Shown: positions 24,379-38,324 of the stretch, piece after piece
Layout: every line of letters begins with the position of its first letter
Numbering within the stretch: the stretch's first letter is position 1
Assembly: GCA_002633005.1 (NCBI GenBank)
Contig: NMRA01001184.1
Location: forward strand, 1-42,250
Reading direction: 5' to 3'
Source: Phoronis australis
Lineage: Eukaryota > Animalia > Phoronida
Length of the DNA: 42,250 nucleotides
The notes under the pieces: generated by a model
What the model was told of the DNA's origin: nothing
The model's input: only the letters and a program-made list of their open reading frames with translations
Databases searched by the model: none
Program-made: the position numbers and the translations under genes

Positions 24379-26697
24379 AAGAACCAGCGCGTTTATACAT
24401 GTATGGTATACGCATGCCATGGTGACCAATTATGAGAAATTTTTGGAACATTTCCCACCGGAAAACCGTGATTGATCTTGAATCCTACGAGAGTGCCACA
24501 CATACGTGCTCTTTTTTCCAACACGATAGCACCTAAAGATAACAGAAAAACTAGCAACCGAACTGTACTCACATGAATTTGAAATACACAAGGTCAAGGT
24601 TGGTACAAATAAACTAATATTTCAGGACTGATGTGGAAAAAAAGGTTTGTCCCTAGAGTCACCCAGCCCAAAGGTTGAGAACTTTGATAGAACAAACTTC
24701 AGCCAAGCAATCTCACTTTTCTCTTGACAACAGGTCTTTCTCACGAGACGCAATTCAGTCGTTACCAGCAACACATTTGTTGCATAAAATGTGGACTGCA
24801 CAGTACGAACAGGTTTGATACATCGTATCCAGCGTGTAACACATACGGGTGTGTGCAACTCCGCGTGCCTACAGTTAGCGAGTGAAAAAGTTGACGTTGA
24901 TATCCTCACTGGCCGAGATTGGGCAACTCAACCGATTTGTGTACCGGTAAATCTTCCACAGTTGTTGGAAATGACATCGTCCCCTAGATAATCAGAACCA
25001 TCATAAACACACTACAGGCAACAAAAGTATTTTTTCATTTTCTTTTTGAAACAGTTAAATTTCAAATTTTAGTATTTCGTAAAAAATATCGTGATTATGT
25101 TTTGAATTTTTAAAATCGGACAAGAAATTTGATGAGTTTTACCGCCTAATCAATGTTGCCAAATTATGCATCTCATCAACTCTGCTGGGGGTGCAACAAA
25201 ATAGGGAAAACTACCAAATAAGCAAGCAACAGTTGAGGTGCGCCAAGCGTCATCGCACAACTCTTGGCACGGAAGGGGAGAAGCAACAGTTCATTGCGGG
25301 CCATATTTCCCTTTATACAACTTTATTCCAGTAGAATCTTTCAAGATATGCTCTTTCCGATTCAAACAGTTAAGTAGTTAAGAAAAAGGAGTAGTTCAAA
25401 TAACGTAGACTACTCGATGATGTCTCTTTGTGAAATGCATTTAGTCTAATATACAGTACAGTACACATGTATATCTTTAAGGAAATGGATTAGAAAACTT
25501 ACCTGGAGACACTTGTTTAAGAATGGGCTACCAACGTACGTGTCATGTGTATATACACACATGTGCAGTCTGTGAGTAACGGCAGTTAGTGCGAACCACA
25601 CATGTGCCCGATAACAACCCACGGCAGGAAAAAATACGTTGAAAGACGGCATCACTCATAGGCATAGGAAATTTGGGACAGGGTGTCAAAGTCCCCTTCC
25701 CCTCCACTCTTGAAGTTTGGGGGCAGTGCCTCTCCAATCTGGACGTGAGAGACGGGGTGCAGGAGGGTACGTGTTGCCAATAATTCGCAGAGGTGTCTGT
25801 GAAACTGTCGTGACCACCAGCATACACAAATAGTAGGGGGAGAATGAGGAAAGGAGAATATTACCACGTCTAGATTTACGCTATTAGGCCTATGCATGGA
25901 ATAACCTGGGTATTTTTAAGGGTTCTTAGTTTTATAAAATACCGTATATTTTGTTTGCACTCATTGAAAACGTGCTCTTATTCATTCATTACTTCTAAAA
26001 TGTCCCAGAAAACTTGTAATGCACATATTTCCCAGTGCAATATTTACTCTTAGACAATGCATAAGGACTCTACTCTGGCAACGGATAAGGAAGTCCTCCG
26101 TCGCTCGTTGTTTCCATTTATGGTATACATGTATTTGACATGGATCCCGTGGAGGGGCATGCTTATGGCATAGATGGCTACATTGTGCCTGTTTTCTTAA
26201 CCCTTTTAGAAGCCGCTCACGGAGGGGGTCTTAATGATGGAATCTTGTTTTTGTGAAGTCGCACGACCTTTCATGTTCAAGAAAGTGACCCGACCAACTG
26301 CCAGTATTATTATTTTACATTATTAAACTTTCATGTCAGGGAACCTCTTTTGAAGAGGCGGCTGAGCCTTTGCACCATATAATTTCGACGCAAATATCAG
26401 TTGAAGTAGAAAAAAATCAACTTCGGGCATACAAAAATACAGAATATGCAGAAGAAAGACATTTGCCCACTCAACCAAAATCGTCTCTGGACGAAGTGGC
26501 ACGGCAGGCGAAATCCTAAAAACGCACTGCATCCGGGCACTGACCCAGACCAATCTCCAAGTCGTAGTGACAATTTGACAAATAAAATGACCTTTCCACG
26601 ACGGGGCCCCGACAGGTGCGAGCTGATAGTACAGTATAAGGGAACACGCAGGTCAACTTTTTATATTTTTATTTTGCTCTAGCCTGATAATTACAAG

Positions 26698-29230
26698 TCA
26701 TATAAAACAATATACTATACATCGTTTAAATAACATTAAATCATTACTCAACAAGAACCATATTTCCTTCAGGATGTAACAGTTCGATATTAAGATTTTT
26801 ATATCAAACTTTTGACTAAATATGTAATTTTGTGCTAGCTTGATCAACAAACGAATGTAACAATTTTCCGACTGAATGTTTCCCAAAAAACCAAAAAACA
26901 CTGCTTTCTTATTCACATGAAAATTTACATGATATGTTTGTTTTAACCAATCAGCAAACAGGAGCCAGAAACCGGAGACAAGACGACTTTCCCAAAACAG
27001 ATGGAGAAAAGTTTCACTGTGTTCACTTCAGAAAGAGCATAAATCACTTGTTTTTATTTTAATTTTATGTAAATAACTATTAGTTGGCAATATTCTGTGA
27101 ATTAAGCGGTATTGAAACCAACGCAATTTTGTATCTTTTGTACAATTGAAAGGGGGTTTATATACTTTTCTCCACCATGTATCAGAGTCGCTAAAATTTA
27201 TATTATTTATAACACCTTTTATATCTATCTCAGATGACCACTTGTTTTTATACTTACAAGCTGTCTGAAGTGATTGTACCAAGGTGTCATAAATATTCAC
27301 CGCTTATGATTTATTATGTAAGATCTTATACATATTACTTGGAAAATTTGGTAAAAATATATTGTCTTGTCTATTTCTAAGACCCCTGTACACTGCAAAG
27401 GTTGCACTTTTAATCCATAGAATTGGAGGTTGAAAGTTATAACTATTACAGAGTTGTTCGCATGACATAAAAGAACCTTCAGCATTAAACAAATCACACA
27501 CACGATAGACTCCCCTTTCATACCAGGTCTTGTAGAAAATAGATTTTCTACCGACTTTAATCTTTGAATTATACCACAGGGGAGAGTAAATAATATTTTC
27601 ATTTTTGTTACACATTTGAAACAGGAGCACAGCATCGCTTAAATCTTCCTTCCAGAACAGATTGTCAGTGCCTTCAGCTATATTTTAAGGAAAGCGTCTC
27701 CCATTTTAAAAAAGTTATCAACTTTACAGCCCAAAACTGCCTCTGCAAGGTCACCTATGGTATTTGAGGTGAATAGTTTACGAAGCCACGATATTTTCAA
27801 AGACTTAATAAAAAAACTAACACGAACCATTCTTAGTCCACCATGATCCTGATTTTGTACCATTTCATTTCGGCTAACTCTGTCATTCTTCCCATTCCAA
27901 ATGAAGCCAAAAAACTCGCTCTAATTCTTGAATCATGTCAATGGAGGGGCTAGGGAGAGATTGAAGCAAAGGAGCAATCTTGGGCAATAAAAGTGCCTTA
28001 ACCACGGTTATTTTACCTAAAACAGTAAGAATTCGTCTTGACCAGGAGCCCACCATTTATTTAATTTCCAAAAACCTGCAACTATAGTTAATACCCGGCT
28101 TGTATTATAATCAGTGGAGAAGTTTATTCCTAAAAACATGAAAGGTTTGTTGGTCCTTAACAGGTTCTCATTGACACAAAGTTTTTCGTGAGAGTCTTGT
28201 TTTGAACCAATCCAAACACATCTTGTTTTCTCGATGTTTGGCTTCAAACCAGAAAATTTCGCAAATTGGTCAATTAAATTCAAAGGTGATCTAAAAGATA
28301 ACTCAGAACCGTCCAAAATTAAACAAATGTCGTCAGCGTACTGGATCAATTTAAACTCAGAAACACCTATCCTGACCCCAGTGATGCCACAATCCCGACG
28401 AATTAAATTACCCAATATTTCTACACATAATAAACAAGGTAAGGAGAAATGGGGTCTCCTTGACGACAGTCTCTCCCCATTTCAAAAAATTCAGAGAAAA
28501 ATCTATGTTGGAGAACACAGACAAAATTTGTTGTATAGTGTTTTAACCGTGTCAATGAACCTTGGGCCAAAGTTAAAGTATGATAATGCCTTGAGGATGA
28601 AAGACCAGGAGACCGAGTCGAAAGCTTTTTCAAAACCGATCATTAACAGGAGTCCGGGAAAGGGTTTACAGTCTAAAAATTGACTTACATCATATAAAAT
28701 TCTTATGTTTTCCCCAATATATCTGCCTTTCATGAAACCTTGTTGGTTCTCGTGAATAAGGGGTCCGAGGACGCTTTTTAGGCGTCTAGCAATACAACCA
28801 GACAAAAGTTTGTAAGTAATATTCAATAGTGAAATTGGATGCCAATTTTTGATGAATTCTCTTGGTTTATTATCTTTTGGTATTATCGAGATAATACCCT
28901 GTTTTTGCGTTGTAGATAATTCTGCTTTATTGGTGCCTTCTTCAAAAGATCGGAACAAGTAATATTTAAGGTCTGGCCAAGAAAACTTAAAAATTCTACA
29001 GTGAAACCATCTGGCCCAGGACTTTTGTTGTTTTTTTAAATCTTTCAGAGTCGCATGAATTTCCTCCAAAGTGATAAATACCAACAGAGATGAAAGTCCG
29101 GTCAATTTTTAGCTTTTTCCAAAAGTTTGTCATCTGAGCATCTCACTGTCGAGGATAGTGTGCTTTATTGTTCTTTTAAGTTATTGCATTAGTGCCATGA
29201 ATTGATTGAGCAAATATGTAGTTGTCCAAA
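26698..29230 (-). mobile_element. 5'-truncated, frameshifted L1/Tx1-clade LINE ORF2 (reverse transcriptase + zf-RVT)
   Basis: NWHPISLLNITYKLL, QGFMKGRYIGENIR, FEKAFDSVSW, RQGDPISPYL, QYADD, GLKPNIEKT, HGGLRMV and DTKLRWFQYRLIHRILPTNSYLHKIKIKTSDLCSF appear across several broken ORFs. Confidence 0.95.
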
Positions 29231-31180
29231 CTTTCAAATAGAAAAGACCAACTGAAATGGGTCGATATCCTTTTCCCAGCATTGCGTGATGTTGACTGAA
29301 ATTATTTATGTTCTTTTCCCCCTTGTTAACACTTGCCAAGAACTGTACGATGACCCTTGGCCTAACTCAAAATCCAACTCTCCTTGCAGGTTTGGTAATT
29401 GGCCCATTGTGTTCCACACCCCACAGAATTAATGAGGCTGTGGTGCCACCTATCAGATATAACGATTTGTTAAATCACTGTAGTTTAGTCTCCTTTTTGT
29501 CAATATACCAACATCAAGTGTCTGCTTCAATATAGTATTTTATTCACTTATAATTGCGTGTTTCTGATTCCTACAAGGCAGGGAATACTGGTTGGACTAC
29601 GCGCGAGCTCTGGGCAATATTCGGTTAAAATTGACCGGGTAAAAGTCACATTTTTTCTGATTTCAAAAATTCAAAAACCAAAAAACATCTTCTTTTCACG
29701 AATGATTCAAATATGCTATTTAAAAACTTTCAACTAGAAAATTAAAAGAAAAATCGTCGCCCCCAGTGTGTTTATGGGAGGTCTGATTATCTAAGAACCA
29801 TAATGTCAGCAGCTTGAGGCAACTTTTAAAATAAACCAAAACAGCATGAGGTCTTTGATATGAACCGGCAATTTCTGAGGTAGGCAAACCGCTCTAGTTG
29901 CCTAATCTCGACTGGTTTAGGTGGCAACGTAGGATTCTTGACATGAGATGCCAGCTGAAATTGGTCTCGAACTTTTTTAAAAGGTGAGATGCTGGTTTTC
30001 CAAACAGTCCGGTGTGTAATTTTTTGTTCTGTAAATTGGACTCAAAATTATTGTTGCTGCAAGTCAAGTAACAACACGTGATTACGAGTGAAAACTCGTA
30101 GCTTAAATGCTGGGGTTATCAAGTGTAAACTAGGTTTATTAGAAAGTCATCCAAAAAATCATTACATACTCGAGTACAGAATGAAGGAGTCTTAATTCAT
30201 ATCTTCAGTTTGTATTGAAGTATAGAGGAAAACATTAAAAATAAAGTTTGATTTCCAGTACAAAGATTAGCCCCAGATTCAATGATATAATGTTTTGGTC
30301 TTTTGAGGTTTAAAAATTAAAATTGAAATAATATGGTTTTGTGGGGGCGAATACCGTTGGCAGAAACAATTGTTCAACTTCATTTGGTTCCTAAAACACC
30401 AACTTAAGTCAATGTTTCGTGGTCGTCTACTTGACTTTGCTTCTTAGTCCGATCTGTCTTTTATTAAGAGTTTAGTGACCTTATTCGCTACACGATATAG
30501 TGTTGTTTTCTAGCAACTAAGAAACCCAAAAAGTTGACAACAGTTCGAAGATTTATTAATGTAGCCAGGTCATTAGGAATAAGGCAGGAAGGAAAGAGAG
30601 CACCAAGAATGCTACACCCCACAGTGCATGCGCGCACCCAGCCTCAAGTATAGGGGCTCGAAGTTTTGAAGATGTGCACCTTTTACTATAAAACGGGATC
30701 TGTTCAGAGCTGAGAATTGTGCTTTCGCCGAATTCCTGCCGTTTAGTGGACTTTTCTCTCGTTTAATCGCACTTTTTGCTTCTCTGAGGCGGAACTTTAT
30801 GCCCACTTTGCCAAATGGGGGGTTCGTTTGAGCGGTATATGGGTTGCTTCTGTAGATTTCAAGAGATGTAGCCTGGAAAGCTATTCCAATCTGCAACTGT
30901 CTTACTTGATGAAAACCAATTGCTATGGTCTTCTGGTACTTAGAGTTTACTAATGCCTGGGTATGCGGCATGTAGGACATAGCAGGTAGAATTTATGAAC
31001 ATTGATTTTTGTCATATACATTTTGAGGAGGGGTGTTTTCATTATAATATTACCAGTAACAGAATTGTGTGCCTCCACTTCAGCAAATGTCAGATTTCAA
31101 CCAACACCAATTTAATCCCTCGATTCAATTGAATCCGACTTTTACTGACACACAATAACACATAACCGTGCTCTTTCATT

Positions 31181-32055
31181 GAACGCTGCAACCTAACCTG
31201 AAGATGGCCTGAGAAATGACCAACCGAAACGCTGTGTTGAGGGTTGTGTAGTAGAGTTTAGAAAGTATTTTAAAACATCACGACCTCAACGCGGTTTTCG
31301 GAATGCAGACTCTTTCAAGCTGCGCGTTCATTAAGGACAATCAATCATGTTAAGTGAATGCGTGGAAATTTTGTTTTTATTGACCGACACTCGGATATTC
31401 AACTTTTGATACTGGAAATGCAACTTCGAACATTTTTTCAATTTTTGTTTTCCATTCAGAAATCAGATTTTACCTAAAAGGCCGTTACAGTATGTTGTAC
31501 CAGTGCCGTACATCTATATTTCAATCGGAGCACGTGGTATCACTTGCTTTCATTGCAAGAAAGCCCCGATCAACTGGTGATCGGCGCACATTAAAGAGAC
31601 ATGGAGCTCAAAGCTCGTCAAAATTATATTTAAACAATTCTTGACGAAAGTACAATCTCGCAATGTGCAGTGCAGGGTAATTCATTTCACCTGTGGGGAT
31701 ATTTCCAGAAGAAAATGACAGATATCCCATTTTTGAAATACGCACGAAGGAAAAAAAATTTGGCTACCACAGAATTTTTAATCTCCCTCCCACTTAAGAT
31801 AAATGTGCGCATGCGCTCACAGTCGGTTTCTTGAAGGTACTTGTGGTCAAAGGTTACATTTTTCATATAAAAAGGATAGGTGCTACGTCTCTGTCTTTCC
31901 ATACCAAAGGAGACGTTCTATGCCTTGTGGGAGAAAAAAAATCAACGATTGAAGAGACGAGCTGTTGAAAATAGTTAGTTTTTTTTAATTTGACACTAAA
32001 AGAAAAGGCTTTGATATCAACAGAAATTAATTATCTTTAGGAGAAAAACCCTAAA
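31181..32055. repeat. Inverted repeat arm (upstream region of copy C; partner 23530-24378)
   Basis: Reverse-complement collinearity with 23530-24378. Confidence 0.85.
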
Positions 32056-32059
32056 AAAA

Positions 32060-33010
32060 ATTCAGCAGACCCTTTTACTTAGCAATCCTCATTACAGCGT
32101 CCTGTCGTTCAGTAACTTTTCCAGACGTGAGGGGTGCTGAACGTGCGATAATATCTGGCTTAACTTAACTTTCATTTTTATCAGCCCACCCCAGTCAGGC
32201 TAGATACGATCTGATTGGAGATTAAAGCAATTATCAAACAAAAGAGCGCAGGCCCTCCAACCATCAACGCCAGATTGGAGTTAATTAGCTACGGGGGGTA
32301 AACTTCCCAAATTGTTGTTGGGCTATACAATCGAACAAGTTGGGAGCAACGGGATGTCGCCGTCATGTCTTTTCCTGGCTGAAGTCTGCGGTCAGGTATT
32401 TATTTGACGACAGAAATTTTAAGCTTCGCCAGATATGTTTGAATGGACGGAACACGAGCGCAAATGCGCTCTGACACACACCTATCTGGTCCATCCATGG
32501 ATATCGAGAATTAATTTGTCTGTAATATTATCATCAGCTTATAAGCGTTCTGTGATGTGAGGTCTCTAAAAGTAGGCCCTGGTGTTTACGAATTGCTGCT
32601 GTGAACCTGGCATGCATTAATTGAACAAAGCTTTCCAACGCTTCCTTTCAGCTGCACTGATCTATGATGTGATCAGTTGTCACCCACTCGTTATAGTTTC
32701 TCGAGTTATACAATTTACATTTATAGTATTCCCCTTTGCATCACCATAACCCACGATCTTTAATCTCATCTCCTGTGTTTTGTTTTAATGAAAATTACAT
32801 GTACTTGTAGCTTCGGAGCGCTTTGCAGTTAGCTCAAGTAAAAATTGCCTCTCGTATATTTATTCCAGCCTATATCAGTCAGTCAGGTCCTCTGAGTCCG
32901 GCGTTTACACCAGATCTTATTACAATTTTTGCATACAAGCATTTTTGAAATTTAGGAACGACTCAGATCGCGACGCGACTTTTGTCAAGGTCGACGTACA
33001 TGTACATGTA
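32060..33010 (+). pseudogene. EF-hand gene copy C remnant: intron 1 plus 5' part of exon 2 (32956-32997, NDSDRDATFVKVDV)
   Basis: gaaatttag|gaacgactcagatcgcgacgcgacttttgtcaaggtcgacgt aligns with B exon 2, then jumps to the intron following exon 4. The signal-peptide exon is also missing. Confidence 0.82.
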
Positions 33011-36000
33011 GATGCTTTTCGCAATGACAGTTTTCGCGAAGTTGGAGAGATCATTCAAGTATATGGTTTTCAGAAAAAAATTAGTGTTTCTCTACCACAC
33101 GACCTTATTAAAGTACACGAACAAAATGGCAGCGTACTAAAAACATTGGTCGGGGAAGATAGACAGGTGAATTTTATAGGCAAATCTTAGCGGAAAAACA
33201 CCATTTCTATTTAACATCTCCTTCTGTAAGTTTCTAGCAAATGAGGAGCGTTATGGACCTGGCCAGAGCAAGTGCTTAAAGAAAACCAAAATCAACTGAA
33301 AGTTCTCGTCCACGGCCACGAGTGTGATGTATGAACGTACCCAGAGTCAGTGTGTTATATCCACCAACACGCGAGATTCTTGTGTACAAGCTTTTGTCAT
33401 ATCGGTGCTTCTTCTATGTCCACGGAAAAATGAGAAGAGTAACAAATACTAAGTTGTCACCACCACAACACACGCAACGCTTCACCATTCTTTATTGTAC
33501 CGTAAATCACGGGAAAACGAAAAGCAATATCTGACGACTTTCCACAATAAACGCATATGAGGACGACTGAGTGCTGCAATTGATGTTCCCAATTTTACGT
33601 AGCACGTATCGATAAATAAATCCTCGTAATGTAGTCGATATCGGTGAAAATTAATAACATATCGCCAGACAGTGTTTTGGGTGTTGTAGTTTGACACCTG
33701 ATCGACAGGTGGGGTTGTTTTGTGGTGGTTTTTGGTATAAAATTTGTGATCTTAGCTAAGAACCAGCCTGTATGGTTTCTAGTTTGAGGCACTTAAGGCG
33801 CAATTGAAATAGCCTTTCGCTTGTTCGCGCTTTGGCGTGATCTGATAGTTCACTTGAGGAAACTGAGCTAAAGGTACACCAGGCGATATCTGAAATCCAA
33901 TGAGACATACATGTATTGGACTACCTAAAATTGCGAGTGCATAGTCATGTACAAAATATAATCTGCAGTTATAAATCAGCGCGTTGATATGGTAAAAGCA
34001 AGAATAATTAGTCTTTTTACACGCCATATGTCAGTCAGTCACAGCACAAGACCTACAATGTACAGTTTGGTCTTACCCAAACTGTAGAAATCATTAGTCT
34101 TTTTACACGTCATATGTCAGTCAGTCACATCACGTGGCCTACATTGAGAGTCTCACCCAGGCTTACAACGCGCAGTTATATAACATAACTGCTGTATCAA
34201 AGATTACATTTTGTTGATTTAAATTGCGTAACTTAAGTTGGATTCACCTGTGATTTGACGTAAGTAGTCTGGCAAAGTCGCCGATTACGCTTCCAAACAT
34301 TTGGCAATGCTTGCTGAGTAAGAGGAGTTGTCAAACATATTCTCAACAATTGAAGATTGACACTTGTTACAGTGTAGTAGTTTGAGTAACCTGAACATTG
34401 TTATTTGGCTGAAACACAGCTTTTAAGTGCTTTGCTGCTTATACACTGTATGTATCTGCTCGAAGGCTTTAATGGACGCTACGCTACGTAAGCCAGTCTG
34501 AATTTATTTACTCAAAACGTCCTGAGCACTAGCGACTCCAAAAGGGAATTTCATCGCCAAAATTATAAGTTATCGCGGTTTTTTAATCAAACTGAATGTT
34601 GAAACGGACAGTACCGTATGTGACAGGAAATTGATTTTTACGGTCACGCTTGCCAGGTTGGCACCTCTCTGGAGAGTTTCACAAGTGAAATGCAAGATAT
34701 GCTATAATTTCTCTTTTCTAGATCCTCGCTAGAATACCATGACGTTCCTGAAGCGCAAGGACAGGCGCGCGGGTGGTTTTCTTGAGGCAATATCACGTAA
34801 TTAATTATACAATTTCTGTGATATTCTGTCAGTAATAAATTATCACCCATATTTGTCGTGTAGAAAAGAACTGAAACTACGTTCAACGCACACGCAGGCC
34901 CGTAGGAAGGCAAAAATTATTGGTGGGGAAGCAGAAATCATTTCGACTTCGCCAAACTACCCCTAGCTCTCATCGCCACCAACTCCGCCAGCATCCCCCG
35001 CCCCGTGCCCCCGATGCCACGTCGGCCCTAGGTTGGGGACAATCCCGGGGATGCAGCCAAGATCAAGAGTTTAGTAATCGTGAACCAACATGGAGAGTAA
35101 GAATAGGCCTAGGACCATTAAACTAACCGGTAGCGAAAAGTTGCCTCAAGTAGCTATAGCTGAGATCTAACAGTGTGAAAATAAGAAATTCCTGATGAAT
35201 TAAAGCTACATATAATTGCTGGTCAGCTAAGCTGTGATTCATTTGTGACAGGCAGCTCGTACCGGCCGTCGGCGCTCGCTCTAAGGTCGAGATTCGTTTT
35301 ATCGTGATCCAGCATCGGGAAAACTTTTTTTTATTATGGTCATTCTTTGAAGGAGTTTTTTCTTTTGAAAAGGTGAGGTACCGCCGACCCTAGTATAGTG
35401 CCTTTGGGGCTATTTCAAAATCCATCGTTGAAACACGACCGGCAATCCAGTTTCTGGTGGTTGGGGAAAATGGTACAGAGTGTTTCCCAAAAATGTACAC
35501 ACTTCAACGCTTGAAGTTCAGTTCCCGTGGGGCCCTGAGATTCTGCGCGGACCTAATTCATGGTTATATTTATATTTTAAGCGTTGGTGCGTCAGCCATC
35601 ACGTGCACGGGAATGGGGCAAGCAAACTATTCAGTTTTGAAGGAAAAAAAAACATTGCTCAATACCACGAGAAAATAAAAACACCAAGAAGGAAGTACAA
35701 AGACAACCTTTCCAAGCAATGAGTTAATTTTATTTACATGTATTTAAGGACTTTTAAAGCTTTTTTCGATCCACGGTTTGTGAGTCTGAATTTCATCTAT
35801 CTCTTCTAAGTGTAGTTTACTATTTGGTGATCGGATTACAGTTTTTCCATCTATGTGTATAGGCTGCAATTAAATTCACTGAAATATCATCGTTTCTTAG
35901 AAGATTGGCTTCTAATTGTCAAAAATCATCGATTTCTGTAGATACATAATCAGGTAAAATCGAAACCAACGAATTCGTTTATCAAAACGAAATGTTGTAA

Positions 36001-36318
36001 GCAATTTCCGCAGGCATGCTCTCAGATTTTTGACGGGTAACCAGAAGAACATGGGAGATGGGGCATTCGCAATAAGGTGTGTATTTGCTCATTTCATAAG
36101 TACATGTACCTATAACGGATCAGGAGGTAGATTGAACTCCACTGACAAAAAACGCTCAAAATCATTGCTTATGAATGCTAGAGTTCTTTGAGTACACCCT
36201 TTCGACATGTGCGCGGTCATCAGAAATAGTAGCATAGGCTGCAGAGTTTTCCACGTGGAAATTCTTTCCAAACAAATCATAGTAACCATGCACGCACCCA
36301 GGGGGCTCGGGGGCTCGC

Positions 36319-36470
36319 ACAAATTTACTGATGCGTTTCGAGATATAACCAACGTGGTGAGAAAATTTAAGGTTTTGATCATATATCAGTCCTAGATATT
36401 TAAAGGAAATCACGTTCTCAATTGGACTTCCATCAATACTCAATGACAGGGTTTGCTTTCTAAGTCTTTC
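36319..36470 (-). mobile_element. Non-LTR RT C-terminal fragment, copy 2
   Basis: LSIDGSPIENVISFKYLGLIYDQNLKFSHHVGYISKRISKFV within ORF 36162-36551. Confidence 0.72.
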
Positions 36471-36959
36471 GATGGAGGTCAATCCTATTGTATTTTGTTC
36501 ACACTTTTCGTTTGTTTGGGTCAAATGTCTTGATACTGCTGTGCTGGGCACGAATGTATTGTATGTTTTTAATGACTTTGGAGTCTCAAATTCCCTCGTG
36601 AATACTTGGCAGTGTCCGATTTACATGTATAGAGGGACAAAAGGTTATTTCCCCCGAAGTGCTCCACCGAGAGATGGTCCCGTCTGCAATGGGCCACCTT
36701 AAGATCAAAGGCTAAACATCATTAAGCTTGGAAAACGAGTGACAGCACATTCCACCGTCGTGTGGTCCCAAAACGATGCAGGAGGTGGTGGTGACCTTCA
36801 ACATGAAAGGCGGTTGCACGACTTCACTAAAAAGCAGCACAATGGAGGTAATCGACTCCAACATTAGGCCCCCTCTTCGTCTGCGGCCCCTTTAGANTAC
36901 GTAAAATTTCGGATACACGTTCAGTTTTATGGTAACATATATAACGCGAGTGGTACAGT

Positions 36960-38324
36960 TAAGAACATGGAACTACTAATGTCGTAGACAAAGAACTGTA
37001 CGCGCCCCACAATACGACATCGTACTATGGACGATCAAGGTGTACAATTGGATACATATCCATTTCAGGGACAAATCTTGCTATCGTCGATATGGTCGTT
37101 GAGTGTCTCAGAGACCCATAATCGTAGTGCCCCGCAATTCTTCATCCGAGCTTTTCCAACTGCTCTGCAACCTTTCGATTGAAGCATTCTTCTGTTAATG
37201 CCTCTATAACACTATCCCCAAGTCACAGTTATTCTCCTCATGATTTTTATTGATTTTTAAAAGAAATCGTGTTTGGTTAAGAAATAAAAGTGTTCCATGA
37301 GTTTTCGCTCTGGACATTTTATGGTGCGGCCTTTATGTCACAGAAATGAAGAAAAGTGCCCGAGTTTCCAAAATCGATAAGATGTGGTTTAAGGTTACCG
37401 CTGGACTCCAAGCTGATCATGACATTAGAACCACTGATGTCATAAACCACTATTCCCGCTTTGTTCAGTCGAGCAATCTGCTGAACCACATCTAGAAATA
37501 GTTCAACTCAGACGTGATCAGCGACCTTGTTGTCAGTGGCTGGCAGAGCCTTGCAGTTTTCACCAACGAATTCAAGCAACGTCTGTCCATAGATTACGTC
37601 TGTGAGGAGCGCCCAAGGCTCGTAGACAACATCTTCCGCGGAATGTTGGTCCACAGTTGTTCGAATTAGCCTTTATCAGTTGTACGGCTTCTCCGCTGAC
37701 GTCAAACAAACTTCTGTTACCTCATCGATAGGCTTTCAGTTAATAGTCTTTGCCATCCTTTTGCACCAGGAACACACGATTAAAAGCCCCGTGACAAAGG
37801 AGGAATGGTTTCCTGTGGTAGTACGCGTATTTATACTTGCCGTAATCTGGAACTACGTTCTCGAGTATAAATGCACAAGGTTGTTCTTCTGAGCTTATCT
37901 CGACGTCGTGTGATTGTAGTTTTGGAGCTGGTGACATCGTTGCAGGACTGCGAACTCGCTGTTTAATGAGCATGAAAAATTTGTTTTCCATTTCTTGATC
38001 ACCATCGGGAAGTTGGCTTGTTTTCATGGCATTCTCATTGCGCGTTTTATTGTTATGGTGAAATGTCTTGACATAACCTTTAGAACGTAACAGCCTAGAT
38101 GCGTTTGCACCTATGTTTCTAGTTGTCAGCTGCTTTCGTGTATTCTCTAGTTGACCGGAAGACACGGTGTTCGTGTTTTTCTTCGCGGGAAAGGGGCTTC
38201 TTTTGCTGCTATACAAGTGAACAAGGGGCGTCTTGGGCTTTAACATCAATTTATTGTCTCCTTCATTTTGTGTGGACTCCCGCTTAGTATTGTTAACAAT
38301 TGCAGTACCACGCTTATGCGCCAT
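36960..38324 (-). pseudogene. Intronless protein kinase pseudogene, copy 2 (retains catalytic loop and DFG)
   Basis: Basic N-terminal region, then HGAFNRVFLVQKDGKDY*LK, EAVQL, LTDVIYGQTLLEF, QIARLNKAGIVVYDISGSNVMISLESSGNLKPHLIDFGNS (DFG at 37367-37375) and, tentatively, FVPEM...YDVVLWG. Several stops and frameshifts. Confidence 0.8.

Noticed and set aside
25503-25560. Strong minus-strand donor (cag|gtaagt) as the non-coding first exon of gene B
   Set aside because: Only a motif match, outside the region shared with copy C; not supportable without transcripts.
25657-25894. Possible small MITE (cataggc...gcctatg)
   Set aside because: Only a 7-bp inverted match, with no TSD or empty site to confirm it.
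30612-30980. 122-aa ORF; an alternative frame has TVADWNSFP like a LINE C-terminus
   Set aside because: Single short motif with no further RT similarity.
31866-31874. TATA-like tataaaaa as promoter of copy C
   Set aside because: Not conserved as TATA in copy B (cataaaag), and AT-rich background makes chance matches common.
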